A DNA stretch of 64,000 nt from Eledone cirrhosa (GCA_964016885.1 OZ024740.1:136896001-136960000); one strand, 5' to 3'. Counted from the first letter of the stretch, positions 1 through 16,142 are shown. Made by a program: numbers and translations. Notes: generated from the letters alone by a model not told the origin.

Positions 1-520
1 TGTATATCTCTCTAGTCCTAATTTACATATTAAACTACGGGCTTCAATATTTATGTCATCCAGGTTTTTATGAGATGTTTTTTTGTAGTTCCTATAAAGT
101 TCTTTATATATAAATTCTCTATATGTATCGTAATCTAGGCTATATATGTTTTTAGTTTTATCAGCTAGTACTAAGACATTCCTATTTTTATTAAAGATTT
201 TTTATGGTGGAATTTAGATTATTTAGGAAGTTGTTCTTCTTATTGTAGTATTTCCTGTAGTTAATTTTTTTAACAAGTGACACAAGGTCGTTTTCAAATG
301 AGTCCAGTAAGATATTGTGTGGAGTGCTTTTATATGTTTTGAAGCCGTATGTTTCAAACGAAGGTGCATCCTGTTCTTCCACAACGCGGTTCCTATCATA
401 GTGGAAAGCCCCCATCTAACTCTTTTAATAAAAGAGTTGACACTATTAATCAGTAGTTTTTCATATGTATCCTTAGATGGGATATGTATGTCCTTCAAAG
501 ACAAAGGAAGATAATCTTTG
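1..520 (-). mobile_element. Penelope-like element (Naiad-type) ORF N-terminal fragment, frameshifted, runs off window
   Basis: SLKDIHIPSKDTYEKLLINSVNSFIKRVRWG/AFHYD...FENDLVSLVKKI aligns by eye to SLKDIPLPRNKDFIKQLIDKSDSFIRRIRWRAFHFD...FENDIISIIQGV of the PLE at 56199-57257; abuts (TA)n. Confidence 0.8.
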
Positions 521-524
521 ATCA

Positions 525-571
<47 letters not shown>

Positions 572-594
572 CACACACACACACATATATATAT

Positions 595-775
595 GAAATG
601 TCGTCCAACGCAGATGACCATAATCATAGTCGATCACTATAAATACTAATTGAGAAAATCGGTAAAGTACCTCAGCTGACGGAAAAAGAAGTGGGGAGAG
701 ATGCATGCGATAAATCGAACCTCACATCTCATGGAGGCAGGGCGAGTACGCTAAGCACTACGGTAAAGAGTCACT
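595..775 (-). mobile_element. tRNA-derived SINE-like repeat
   Basis: Minus strand has A-box-like CGTAGTGCTTAGCG and B-box GGTTCGATTT; body resembles 1000-1175 in opposite orientation. Confidence 0.5.
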
Positions 776-999
776 GGTCACCATTTCCGTCTTTTGGGAA
801 TATTTTATGCTTGAAACTAGAAGTGTAAGCAACCGGTTGGGAAAATTTGAAAATTGAAATGTAGTCATCCAGTTAATATAATAGTAAATCACTATAAATA
901 ATAGGTTGGAAAAAGAAAACGAAGCCTTTAGTCAAACGGTTGTTTACATATCTAGATACAAGCTAAAAATGTTGTAAAATGACGGAATTAGTGGCCAGC

Positions 1000-1175
1000 G
1001 GTTCTTTAACGTAGCGGTTAACCCCCTTACCTGGCATCTGAGAGATGCTGGGTTCGATTTCTCGCAGGCGCCTCTGATCACCGTTTCTGCCTCCAGAGTT
1101 CCTTATCCGATTTTCATAGTGATTGACTTTAATTATAGTCATTTGCTTTGGAAAGACTACATTTAAAATTTTTAT
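1000..1175 (+). mobile_element. tRNA-derived SINE-like repeat (divergent head-to-head partner of 595-775)
   Basis: CGTAGCGGTTAA ... GGGTTCGATTTC boxes; shared ATAGTGAT(T/C)GACT...ATTAT(A/G)GTCAT body. Confidence 0.5.
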
Positions 1176-1289
1176 TTTTCTCAGTGTTTCTTATATGTGT
1201 GTGTGTGCATCTAGAAACTCCGAATGCTTAGAAAGTTATATACCAGTTCGCGTTGTGTTTTATAGTTTATATATATATATATATATTTA

Positions 1290-2135
1290 GGGTTCTCCCT
1301 AAAAATGAAAGGCAGGCTGTACGATGCCTGCATACGAACAGCAATGTTGCATGGCAGTGAGACCTGGGCATTGTGTGCAGAAGATATACGCAGACTAGAG
1401 AGAAACGAAGCTTGCATGCTCCGCTGGATGTGTAATAGTAATATACGTGAACGACAAAGCATAAACGAACTAAGGAAAAAATTAGAAATAAGAGGGATCA
1501 GATGTTGTTTACTAGAGAGAAGGCTACGTTGGTATGGTCACGTGATGCGCATGAAGGACGATAGCTGTATAACAAAGTGCAGGGCAATAAAGATAGACGG
1601 TAGCCACGGAATAAGCAGACCCAGAAAAACCTGGGACGAGCTGATAAACTCCGACCTCACACACTTACACCTCACCAAGACAATGTCACTGGACCGAGAC
1701 CTTTGGCGGTACTCAGTAATAGAGAAGACCCGCCTTACCTAAATACAAAGTAAAACCTACTACAGTCAGTAGGCATCTCTAACAAAATACACCCCCGTCC
1801 CACCACCCCCACCCCATCCACACCGCCCCCTTCTATGTAAAGTTATGTTGGTACCACACCATCCAGGCCGAAACAAATGAGATCGTGTAGGTGTCACGAC
1901 AAAAAAACACACAGTCCACGCTGTAATGTGGCCGTGTAGGCAACACGGTAAAAACCTCCCAGACCCACACTGTAAATGTGGTTGGTGTTAGGAAGGGCAT
2001 CCAACTGTAGAAAACCTGCCAGACAGTCCTATGCGAGCAAGACAATCACTCTTGCCTCAAGTGGGAAAACCCCCGTCCAAACCCATGCAAGCGTGGAACA
2101 CGGACGTTAAACGTTGATGATGATGATGATGATGA
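1290..2135 (+). mobile_element. 5'-truncated RTE-clade LINE (ORF C-terminus, 3'UTR, (GAT)n tail)
   Basis: ORF 1305-1742 with MLHGSETW, MLRWMC, RRLRWYGHVMRM, RPRKTW, DRDLWR; ends GGACGTTAAACGTT(GAT)n. Confidence 0.9.
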
Positions 2136-2446
2136 TATATATATATATATATATAAATATATGGGTAAAGACCTTTGGTAACGAATAACCACGGGATTTG
2201 AATATCATTTAAGCAAGTTGGCTGCATATTTAGTATTATAAGTCAGGGCTGTTTCAAATCATACGTTTATTGATAAATATTTGCTAAATACATATATTTA
2301 TGCCAAACAAAAGACAGGATGGTCACAGTTGGAATGTTTTTTTATCATAGGTCTGCTCAATCAGAACAATGAGGCTTAAACAGCAACCACAACAACAATA
2401 ACAACTATTACAACAACAATAATAACAACTTACCCTTGAAAAAATA

Positions 2447-2508
<62 letters not shown>

Positions 2509-2646
2509 GTGTATTGAGTTCAAAACTCAAGTATTCCTTTACAATGAAATAGCTCAAAGAAAAAAATATTTCTGAGCCGTGTAATAAATATAAATTAATA
2601 TATATATGATGAAACACAAATACCAACATATCTGTGTTTATATTGC

Positions 2647-2760
<114 letters not shown>

Positions 2761-2930
2761 TAGGCGCATTCATAGCCGTGTGGTTAAGACGTTCATTTCA
2801 TAACTACGTGGTTCCGGGTACGATCCCACTGCGTAGCACCTTGGGCTAGTGTCTTCTATTGTAGATTCGAGTTGACTAATGCCTTGTGAGTGGAATTTGG
2901 TAGATGGAAATTGTGCAGAAGCCCGTCGTG
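2761..2930 (+). mobile_element. tRNA-derived SINE (family A, CORE-like body)
   Basis: TAGCCGTGTGGTTAAG A-box, GGGTACGATCCC B-box, CACCTTGGGCTAGTG core; followed by (CA)n. Confidence 0.75.
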
Positions 2931-2936
2931 TTCCGT

Positions 2937-2992
<56 letters not shown>

Positions 2993-3332
2993 GTGTGTAT
3001 GTGTGCGTGTATGTGTGTGTGTATGCACGAGTGTGGCTGTATGTAAAAATATATGTCTATACATGTGCGTTGTGTTCTTCTATATCTGTGTAAACCAGTG
3101 GGCCGAGTTACGTCGATGAAATAGCGATTAATGAAATATAAACCAGAGTGAAACCAGTTTAAAGATCGATGTAATCGCCTAAAACATTTGAGGGTAAAAG
3201 TGCCCTAGCATGATGGCAATGTAATGACTGAAACCAGCAACAGAACAAAGGGATAACAGAATAAAAGAATATTGATATCAGAAGGAATAAAATTTTAAGT
3301 TCTAGGATCGAGACCTAGCCTGTTTATTAATT

Positions 3333-3524
3333 TATATAACGTGCTTATAAGGACAATATATAACGTGTTTATAAGGACAATATATAACGTGATTATAAGG
3401 ACAATATATAACGTGTTTATAAGGACAATATATAACGTGTTTATAAGGACAATATATAACGTGATTATAAGGACAATATATAACGTGTTTATAAGGACAA
3501 TATATAACGTGTTTATAAGGACAC
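3333..3524. repeat. 24-bp minisatellite, ~8 copies
   Basis: TATATAACGTG(T/A/C)TTATAAGGACAA in perfect tandem phase, no spacers. Confidence 0.95.
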
Positions 3525-3769
3525 TATAAAATAAATAACATAATTGTATTGATCAAACATGCATGTGTTTCTTTTTATTTTGTTTTACATGGCTTGATCA
3601 GAGAAGAATGAGCAGCGTCCTTGGCATTTTTCTGGGTTCCCAAGACTGATGCGGAGAATGGAAGGAGATATCCTCCGACATTAAGTCAATATATTTGCAA
3701 CAAAGTCTACTCTGCCAAAGGAACACAAAGTCCAGCGACAGGAACAATCCCTCTGACAGGAATCCATGC

Positions 3770-3925
3770 AATTTCCGTCCACCAAATTTCACTCCCAAGG
3801 TTTTGGTCGACTTGAGGCTATGATGGAAGGCACTTACCTCCCAAGATGTCACACAGTGGGATCGAACCCGAAACCGCGTAGGGGGGAGCCGAACTTCTTA
3901 ACCCCGCGGATATGACTGCGCCTAT
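3770..3925 (-). mobile_element. tRNA-derived SINE (family A)
   Basis: Reverse complement of the 2761-2930 head (GGGTTCGATCCCACTG, ATCTTGGGAGGTAAGTG). Confidence 0.7.
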
Positions 3926-4245
3926 ATGTATATACGTATAGGTACAAGTGGAAGGAGAAAGGACTGTTTGGAGATGTGGGAAAAATAAATGGTTTGACAT
4001 CATGTATTTTGCTAAATGTTTCTTTTTGTGTGTATTTTGTATTATATATATAATGTTTTATTCTATTCATTTATTTTATTTTGTCACCATTTTTGTTTTC
4101 GTAGTTCTTCAAATGGAGGCACAATAGGCTTGGCTTCTACGTAAATATGATTGTTGTGTTTAGATTTCTTTGCATTGTCTAATTTTTATTGTGATGCTTT
4201 TGTGTGTGTTTTGACAGAATGTTTGGTGAATCTGACGTCACTTAC

Positions 4246-4437
4246 GTTGGCAGAAATTCTCACAGTCTATTTTACGAATGAACGCGACATCTGCTACTCT
4301 GTGTAAGTATTTAGAACAAGTATAAAACATTGTGGTTCGGCATACATTGTGTCGGTTATCATAAAACCATATCTGTCTGAATTTGCCCTCGAACGAGTCG
4401 CACCTCATGTCGGCATAGATTACTTTCGTATCGCATT
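4246..4437 (-). CDS. Coding exon, atypical Kunitz/BPTI-like domain 2 of a secreted protein (ends QRK* at 4238 if the donor is read through)
   Basis: Acceptor TATTTGTTTACAG|AATGC, donor C|GTAAGT, 192 nt, phase 1-1; CDTKVIYADMRCDSFEGKFRQIWFYDNRHNVCRTTMFYTCSKYLHRVADVAFIRKIDCENFC, Cys spacing 10-19-7-17-3; paralog of 6683-6874. Confidence 0.85.
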
Positions 4438-4649
4438 CTGTAAACAAATAATAAATATTAAAACATACATACAAACAATGTAATGATGTCGTGGTTTGGT
4501 TCGACAAATTTAATAGCAGAATAATGTCAAATTTATTCAATTTGAGATTGTAGATTTTTATCCTTCTATCGCTTAAGAACTATGGTGGCGTAAAGGTCGT
4601 AATGTAGGCTAGAAAACCTCTATGTTTTAATAAGGACTCCATGTGGGTC

Positions 4650-4815
4650 ATGAGAACCAACGAGGATAGTGCTTTTTGAACTCAGACTATAAAGGGCTGG
4701 AATTCAAATCCTGCCGAGGTTAACTTTGCCTTTCATCCTTACGGGGTCGATAAAATAAAGCACCAGTAATACACTGGGATAATTGCTGACCTTGTGCCAA
4801 ATGTAGAAACAATTA
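4650..4815 (+). mobile_element. tRNA-derived SINE (family B)
   Basis: TTCAAATCCTGCCGAGGTTAACTTTGCCTTTCATCCTTACGGGGTCGATAAAATAAAG...TAGAAACAATT. Confidence 0.85.
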
Positions 4816-4924
4816 ATTATTACTTAAACCTAGAGTTGACTGTTATTAAGTTAGCTTCTATGGTGACTTTAATGCCGAAAGATCTGAATGCTTGGATGGT
4901 GTATTTCCTTAGTTTAAGTAATAA

Positions 4925-5108
4925 TTAATTGTTTCTACTTTTTGCACAAGGCCAGCAATTATCTCAGTGTATTACTGGTACTTTATTTTATCGACCCCGT
5001 AAGGATGAAAGGCAAAGTTAACCTCGGCGGGATTTGAACTCAGACCATAAAGAGCCGTAACTCTTTGCTGCAAAGCATTGCGTCCGACCCTCTACCGATA
5101 CTGCCATA
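4925..5108 (-). mobile_element. tRNA-derived SINE (family B), inverted relative to 4650-4815
   Basis: Reverse complement of family B consensus including GAGTTCAAATCCCGCCGAGG. Confidence 0.85.
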
Positions 5109-5149
5109 ATTAATACAAACCAGTTAGAAAACTTAATAATGAAAGTTTA

Positions 5150-5830
5150 TTTATATAAATACAAGGTCACGCAACGCTCTTATAGTCTTCAAGAATGTAG
5201 TACAGAATATAAGTAAAAGGATAAGGCAGCCCTATGCTATAATAATGCATTAGAGTAACTAGATTCAAAGGCATGATTGATGATACCAAAAAGAAAGGCA
5301 TCACATTATTATTTGGTTAACATTTTTCTTTCCTACTAGCCATAAAAATAACAGATAAGCATTTTCCAACTATCTATAAAAATAGGGCTAATCTAAAGGT
5401 TAGTTTAACTGTATTACTAACAAGAAACAAATCCTTTCACATAAGTCTACCACATCAACCGAAATCTGTCCATCACAAAGAAACAATTATGTATATCTAC
5501 TCAATGTATCACACAATGCGGGATCTAACATATACGAACAGAGATTAAATCAACATACCTGAAGATTAGCATCAATCTAAATAGACATAATAGAAGGATC
5601 TTTCAAGAAAAAAAAATGTTACAATCGCAACTTCTTCAGTCAAACGAAACGTAAAAGGCTTCCTGAGTTATGCCTGGTCCCTAAAAGAAAAAGCTGCAAG
5701 CTAAAATATCAACTGAAGGATCGTTGAATGATGTAAATCTTATTTAAATAGCAACTTAGATGTAGTTTCTGTACTTTCTTTAAAAGGTTGATTCGGAAAT
5801 ACGTACTGCTAAACTGAATCTTTCAGTACA
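5150..5830 (-). pseudogene. Highly degenerate Penelope-like RT fragment
   Basis: Only weak remnants resembling the FIQLDI and FDITMGS regions of the PLE RT; no open frame. Confidence 0.3.
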
Positions 5831-6194
5831 TGAAAGCACGTCAATAATATTTTATTGTATAACTGGACACAACAACCCTGATAGCAATGCTTAGTTTATG
5901 TAGGTCTGATCGGAAGTACACAATGCAGAATATTCGACTATGGTTTTCTTGCTCTTATATTCTCAACATTTTTTTAATTTAATTTTTAATTTTTTAATTT
6001 ATTTTTCATCAGTTAATCTTATTTAATTTGCATCTAGTTTCTTCTCAATTGCTTGTGTCAGGATCCATGTACAACACTGATTCAACGGATGTTCTGAAGA
6101 ATGATATTTTAAGGTTTCTAGGTAGATCTGACTGCACTATCCTTTCCATTTTGTTCATTGCACTTTGGAAACTGTAATGTCAATAAACCTTTTT

Positions 6195-6480
6195 AATGAA
6201 CTAAAATGCTTAGGGTTGTACAAATATAAACTGGCGTCAACGTATTACAGATGAAAGTTTATACGGAAACTTGCCCAAGATAACATCTACTGGAGAAATA
6301 AGCAGGAAGTTATATACTATCGTGGGAACCAACTCATGGGCGATGCAGTAGAGGAATGAGCTGCTCGAACATTCATGGATCAACTCTCAGATGATACAAA
6401 CCTCAGTAGAGAGCAGTTGCCAGGAGCAATGGAAAATCGTGAATTGTGGAGAGACTTTGTCAGGAATGTGTCGATATTGC
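6195..6480 (+). mobile_element. Degenerate RTE-X-like LINE 3' fragment
   Basis: TKMLRVV/INWRQRITDESLYGNLPKIT/WEPTHGR/TFMDQL/AMENRELWR pieces, homologous to the end of the 61410-63845 element. Confidence 0.7.
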
Positions 6481-6682
6481 TTTGCAAGAAAGATAATACA
6501 ACCTTTCCTCTTGAGTAAGCGATTAGCTATTAACGGTCATAGGTAACATACACACCAGAAAATCCTCGGTCATTAATTTGTCACTTTATATTGGAGTGAT
6601 TATATATATCTCCCTCTGGTACAAATACTAAAAATTAAAGATATATAACAAAATAAAGGAAAAAGTCGAATTCATCACTTAC

Positions 6683-6874
6683 TAATACACTTCTTTTCGC
6701 AACGTGAACGCGAAATGAAGGTGACTTCTGTAATTCGACTTTCATACAAGGGACAAGTGTGAAAGGGGATTTGCTGACAGGTGCGGGAAGATTTGTCGTA
6801 CATCCAGGCGTCACGAGAGCCCCCTATCCACCAATCACACCGCATGTCTCCGAAGATGTATTGCCGGTTACACT
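6683..6874 (-). CDS. Coding exon, atypical Kunitz/BPTI-like domain 1 of a secreted protein
   Basis: Acceptor CTTCTAATTTCAG|AGTGT, donor A|GTAAGT, 192 nt, phase 1-1; CNRQYIFGDMRCDWWIGGSRDAWMYDKSSRTCQQIPFHTCPLYESRITEVTFISRSRCEKKC, same Cys spacing 10-19-7-17-3. Confidence 0.85.
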
Positions 6875-7756
6875 CTGAAATTAGAAGTCGATGCCATAAG
6901 GTTGCTTTCCGAGAAAATCTATTCTTTCGATGGAATTCCGACAAAAAGCAAGATAAAATACGCTTACAATTTTTCGGACATTTAAATTCAATAACATATT
7001 TTTAAAAGGATGAAAAGCGGTGCTATCGGGGGTGGAATTACTGGAGACGTCACCGCCCTTTTTATGATATGGCGTGAAAAACAAATAAAATAAACACTAA
7101 CTACTTCTAATATTAATATAGCATATACTGACGACATTTGCATTGTCATTAAAATTCTTATATTGACAGTCGGATTATCATAAATAAGGCATGCCATGTG
7201 TATTATACATCGACAGTACGAAAGTCACTACTTCTCTAATCACTCCAATGGAAGTTTATCTGTATTAGATACCCAATTATGATTCGAGACCATAACTATT
7301 AACAGAACACCAAAACTGTCCATACTCCACTCTCATTACATAAAATCTATGGCGAAGCCGTTAGTAAACAGGAAAAGCTCTACTATATCGAAGACTACTA
7401 GACTGAACGTTCTAATAGGTTTACTGAGTAATGAGAATTGTATGACAACTACTGCAACCTCATAAATGGTGAAGACATATTCAGTAATTTATCTTCCGAG
7501 TGCAGTTATTTGGTTATGCATAAAAGGATTGGCCCTGCGTGTAAAAGGGGACGAAGAAAAGAGTTGAAAATATTCTTTAAAAATGATACAAATAGAATAT
7601 GCTATCTTTATTGTTACATGTTTTGGAAACGAATAGCTATAGCAAATAATAAATTAGCCAAGGCCCGTGTGTGGTGACATACAGCGTTTCTTGGGTATTT
7701 TAAATCTAGTGCAGCCCGTACTCTCTCCAGGTCTGAACTCAGTCGAGTTCTTCCAG

Positions 7757-7816
<60 letters not shown>

Positions 7817-8185
7817 TATGTATACGTACATACATATATGTATACAGACGTACAGTAGTATATATATATATATACATACTTGCACACATATATATATATG
7901 TACGTATGGATTCAACGAACATTTATTATAATGCTCGGTGTGTTTGTAAGCAAACATCCCAAATTAAGCCGTACAGTGTCTAGCAGCCATCGTTGCTCAT
8001 TTGTTCAACACTGACAAAGGAACGCTGTACTAGTTTCAAGCTTATTAGCTATCGTCAGCAACGTATACCTTCCTGCCAGATGGTTGAACGTCTGAAAGTA
8101 TATACTTTCCTTATGCATATTAACGGCTGAGCAGCCTAATTTGCATATCGAGTGAGTTAATCGGCTGGGGTACCGAAAACGATAA

Positions 8186-10843
<2,658 letters not shown>

Positions 10844-11019
10844 ATTTGAAAAAAAGAAAAGATGGCTTCACTTGTAGTTGGCATTCTATAACAATTTAAT
10901 TTTGTAATTTTATAATTTTACTACAATTTTACAATTTTTCTATGTCGATCTAATAAGTTGTTTGTTCCTTACGGTGAAAAGTTTTTAAAAAATCCTGCTT
11001 AACTTCTGGAGAACTTTCT

Positions 11020-12120
11020 CGCATTCACCGGTGGCGATTGTCAAACTGATTTAAAGTCATATTGAGTATTTCAGTCTTTGCAGTACTGATTTTCATTCCT
11101 ACCGTACATGATTCGACAGCAAACCTATCATGTGCATGTCGGAGATCACCTCCTGATAGTACCGTGTCATCTGCAAATTCCAGCCGACTGATCCTACACC
11201 CGCCAGTCCTGATACCACTTCCAACCCAGCTACGCATGTAAATCCTATTCATGAAGATTATGAACAGAAGTGACAGTACGTACCCTTGTCGAGTCTGACA
11301 CCCACATTGAATGGTTTCATTTATCCGAACACAAATACTAGGTCATTCATATAGATATATCAGGACAACAACAAGCTGACCAACGATCCTATACTCCTGC
11401 AGAACCTTCCATAACAGGTCCCGCGGAACGCGGTCATACGCCTTTTCGAAGTCTCAAAATATCAAAATAAGAATACACCTCTTGTCAGTTCTCCCACGAT
11501 TTCTTAAAGATCCGTTGCAGTGTGAATATCTGGTCAGCTGTGCTGCATCCGGATGAAAACTACACTGTTCATCAGCTAGCTTGGACTCGACAATATCCCT
11601 ACATCTATTTGCCTGACACTTAGCAATACTTTACCGGGGAGACTTAACAAAGCGATCCATCTATAATTGGAGCAATCGCTCTTGTTCCCTTTTTTAAAAT
11701 TGCGATTATCATCGCCGATTGCCCTTGCTTTGATGCTTTTGTAGAGGTTCAGCCATAAAATACCTTATCTATTTAAGGCTATCAACATTTCGGATCGAAT
11801 TTCATCCTCCCCAGAGGCTCAGCCACATTTGAGCTCTTTAATGGCAATGTTGATCTCAGCCTCCCAGATGCACCTTATGTATATCAGAAGATGTGGTTGT
11901 GATCGAGTTTCGAAGTTCAGCTAAGTAATTTTTTTCACCTTGCGAGGAATGAGAGACCCCTTGTCCTTATTAGGACATCATTCTAGAAGAAAAACTCTCA
12001 TGTAAAACCTGCGACTCGATGGCAGCCAATGATGTTGACCCACTCTTCCTTTTGTATACCTCTCACTGTTGTTTAGAGAGTGGTATTAGTGAAGTACAAG
12101 GCCTTTCTTCGCCTAAAAAA
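11020..12120 (-). mobile_element. Degenerate RTE-clade LINE RT fragment
   Basis: EQCSFHP, DFEKAYDRVPRDLLWKVLQEY, RQG, ISRLEFADDTVL, GMKISTAKTE pieces across frameshifts. Confidence 0.85.
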
Positions 12121-12199
12121 GCTTCAAGCACAGACATCACTTGATTTAATCAACTTTTGCGTGTGTTGCATGAGCATGGATAGTCGTAGCTCATATGAG

Positions 12200-12335
12200 A
12201 TTTTCTTTTGGCTGCGGTACATGTAGTAAGGAATGTAAGTTCTTGGAAGGCCTAATAAGTCATATTCGTGCCGCCAATGTATGAGAAAAAGATCAAGTGA
12301 TGGCATTTCTCTAAACCGGGATGCAGCGTTCATTC

Positions 12336-12366
<31 letters not shown>

Positions 12367-12390
12367 TGTATGTATGTATGTATGTATGTT
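12200..12390 (+). mobile_element. RTE-type 3' end (zinc-finger-like C-terminus) with (ATGT)n tail
   Basis: CGTCSKECKFLEGLISHIRAANV*, short UTR, then (TATG)n. Confidence 0.6.
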
Positions 12391-13676
12391 CTTCTGGTTT
12401 TATAATTTCATAAATTTTTGTCAATAGAGAGAGAGTCGGTTTCTAATATAGACACAAGACTCTCTCATTGGAATTTACACAACATCAACTAGGTAGATAT
12501 ATATGCATGTCTGCATGTGTAGGTATGGATGTTATTATATGTGTGGATGTGGATGTTTTGAGTTGTATGTGTGCATGTGTATATGCTTAGTATCTGTACA
12601 TGTGTATATGCGGTTATTAGGTGCAACATTTTTGGAATGTTTTACATATTTATACTGTTCCATTAATGGATTGTACTTGTAATTTCCTAACTAGTTGTGT
12701 TCTTTCTGTTCCTGTGAAGCCCAGTATCTCAAGATTTGTATTGAGGCAGTTACTAACATATCCCAGTGCCCCAATAATCACAGGCACAAATCTGAAGGTA
12801 TAATCAGGGTGGAGTAGCTGCAGATTTCTCATCAGTTCACCATAAATGTTCTCCTTTTCACTAATCTTTGATATTATATTGGCATCTGCTGGGCAGCTAA
12901 TTTCCACTACTGTGCATGTCTTCTTCTCCCTGTCCCATATCATAATATCTGGTCTGTTATGCCTGCATTTTATTGGGGTTTTTACTGGAACATTCCACCA
13001 GTACTATTTCATATTATGTACATGGATGTCTTCCACATTGTTGTAGCTTTTAATGTGTTTATTATCGGGGTTATCTTATCTACGCATTGCATCGTACAGT
13101 GTTTTGGCCACTACATCATGCCTCATAGGTAGATAGTACCGTGATGACATCTTTGGACAGCTGCTTATGACACGGGTGACATCTTCGATGTTAATTCTGT
13201 AGAGTCTGCACTTGTTATCACATCTAGGTGTTTTGTCTGCATCGTCCAATTGAGTATTCCAAACGTTGGTGTTAGGACAGGCACAACAAACACATTGTGA
13301 GCCACTGTTTTGTTTTGCGCAGAGAGTTCCGATGACCATATCTTTCTTAATCGGGTGTAGTATTCCCCGGTTACGCGTTCCTTATTACAGATACCATTAT
13401 AGGATATGTTCTCATCTATCCCCAGGTATCTGTAGCAGTCTTCATCAGATATCGCTGAAACAGTTAGGCCATTGGTGACAATGTTGCTAGATTGGGTTGT
13501 TGTTTTTACCCGCTTACAGTCATATATAAGCATTTATATTGGCCAAATTCCATTCCTATATCCTTTGAGAATGTTGTAACCATGTCAACATTTTTCTTCA
13601 TCCCATCTATGTTCTTGGCATAGAGTTTCAGATCATCCACAAAGAAATTATGGGTTAGATTCGTATTTCTTTTCAA
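12390..13676 (-). mobile_element. 5'-truncated, internally deleted R4/Dong-like non-LTR element (RT end, CCHC knuckle, restriction-like endonuclease)
   Basis: [35 protein letters not shown]...ISSC...RHDVVAK, NRPDIMIWD...VEISCP...KENIY, PVIIGALG. Confidence 0.88.
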
Positions 13677-13708
13677 TGTATGTATGTATGTATGAATGTA
13701 TGTATGTA

Positions 13709-13855
13709 TTGTTTTTAGTCCTGCAGGATGTCCAAAGTCACCCTCCTCACCAAGAAACCTTGGTGGGGTTGCCAGTTTAGTCGCCAACGACCCGACCATG
13801 AGACAGGTTGTACTGGGATACATGTTACCAGTAGCACCAACTGGTGACCTGACAT
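13709..13855 (-). mobile_element. 5' fragment of RTE-derived non-autonomous element
   Basis: Near-identical to the first ~145 bp of 30335-30940. Confidence 0.9.
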
Positions 13856-14116
13856 ATACATACATATATACATACATATACACATACATATACATACATA
13901 CATATACATACATACATATACATACATACATATACATACATACATATACATACATATACATATATATATACATACACATACATACATATACATACATATA
14001 CATATATATATACATACACATATATATATACATACATATATATATACATACATATATATATACATACATACATATATACATACATATATATATACATACA
14101 TATACATATACATACA

Positions 14117-14156
<40 letters not shown>

Positions 14157-14212
14157 CATACATATATATATACATACATATATATATATATACATATATA
14201 TATACATATACA

Positions 14213-14244
<32 letters not shown>

Positions 14245-15131
14245 CATACATACATATACATACATATATACATATATATATATACATATATATATACATA
14301 CATATATATATACATACATATATATATACATACATATATATATACATACACACATATATACATACACACACATATATACATACACACACATATATACATA
14401 CATACACACACATATATACATACATATACATATATACATACATATACATATATACATACATATACATATATACATACATATACATATATACATACATATA
14501 CACATATACATACATATACATATATACATACATATACATATATATATATACATACATATATACATACATATACATATATACATACATATACATATATACA
14601 TACATATACATATATATATATACATACATATACATATATATATATACATACATATACATATATATATACATACATATACATACATATATACATACACATA
14701 TACATACATATACATACATATATACATATATATACATACATATATACATATATATACATACATATACATACATATATACATACATATACACATACATATA
14801 CATACATACATATACATACATACATATACATACATATACATACATACATATACATACATACATATACATACATATACATATATATATACATACACATACA
14901 TACATATACATACATATACATATATATATACATACACATATATATATACATACACACATATATATACATACATACATACATATATATATACATATACATA
15001 CATATATATATATATATACATACATATATACATACATACATATATATATATATATACATACATATATATATATATATACATACATACATATATACATACA
15101 TACATATATATATATATACATACATACATAT

Positions 15132-15162
<31 letters not shown>

Positions 15163-15519
15163 CATACATATATACATACATACATATATATATATATATA
15201 CATACACATATACATACATACATATATATATATATATACATACATATATATATACATATACATACATATATACATACATACATATATACATACATATATA
15301 TATACATACATATATATATACATACATATACATATACATACATATATATACATACATACATATATATATACATACATATATATATACATACATATACATA
15401 TACATACATATATACATACATATATACATACATACATATATACATACATATATACATACATACATATATACATACATATATACATACATACATATACATA
15501 TACATACATATATATATAC
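13856..15519. repeat. Compound (TACA)n/(TA)n/(TACATA)n microsatellite
   Basis: Directly visible. Confidence 0.95.
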
Positions 15520-16141
15520 ATGGTGGCTGCCAACTCGTTTTCGAGTACGGCCACTACTTTATATCCATGTAGGAGAACCCCTACCGATGCGCTGAACGAG
15601 TGTGACTTTTTAGTCCAGCCAGCGACTTGAAAACTCTGGCACAAACACCCCACTTGTGACCATTATTGACATATAGTGCTGGGCCCATGGTACATGTGAT
15701 GACAAGTGCAGAGATATCTCCAGATATAAAGTAGTGCCTGTGCCGTGAAGCTTTTATAGTGAGCAAAGGCACTGCACAAAGCCAGTCCCACTCTCTTAAC
15801 CAAGATGATATTTACCAAAAAGAAGAATAAGTCAACATCATTGGATACCATCAGGGTTGCAGGTGTTATATCAGAGTTTTCCTTCTCCTAGAATTCTGCC
15901 TTGACAAAGGCTAAGGGGTCATCTCTCCCTGTGATTTTGGATGGCCATTGACTCTTAAGAGCTCCTTTGCCCTTTGACAGGTCTTGTTTTTAGTCCTGCA
16001 GGATGTCCAAAGTCACCCTCCTCACCAAGAAACCTTGGTGGGGTTGCCAGTTTAGTCGCCAACGACCCGACCATGAGACAGGTTGTACTGGGATACATGT
16101 TACCAGTAGCACCAACTGGTGACCAACTGGTGACCTGACAT
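15520..16141 (-). mobile_element. Full-length ~600-bp RTE-derived non-autonomous retroelement
   Basis: RTE-like leader (CTAGGAGAAGGAAAACTCTGAT) joined to zinc-finger 3' end ([21 protein letters not shown]) and ATGT tail; closely similar to 30335-30940. Confidence 0.88.
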
Positions 16142-16142
16142 A

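Noticed and set aside
1000-1075. tRNA gene (also at other SINE heads)
   Set aside because: A/B boxes without a complete cloverleaf, followed by SINE bodies
3333-3524. CRISPR-like periodic array
   Set aside because: Contiguous 24-bp units with no unique spacers, in eukaryotic context
6988-7197. Hydrophobic ORF resembling a signal peptide next to the Kunitz exon
   Set aside because: No compatible phase-1 donor identified; AT-rich intron explains the hydrophobicity; 20668-20766 is a better candidate
7438-7677. Plus-strand ORF with EC..C-x19-C resembling a third Kunitz-like domain
   Set aside because: Opposite strand, lacks the last two Cys and DMRC/WxYD, no convincing splice sites
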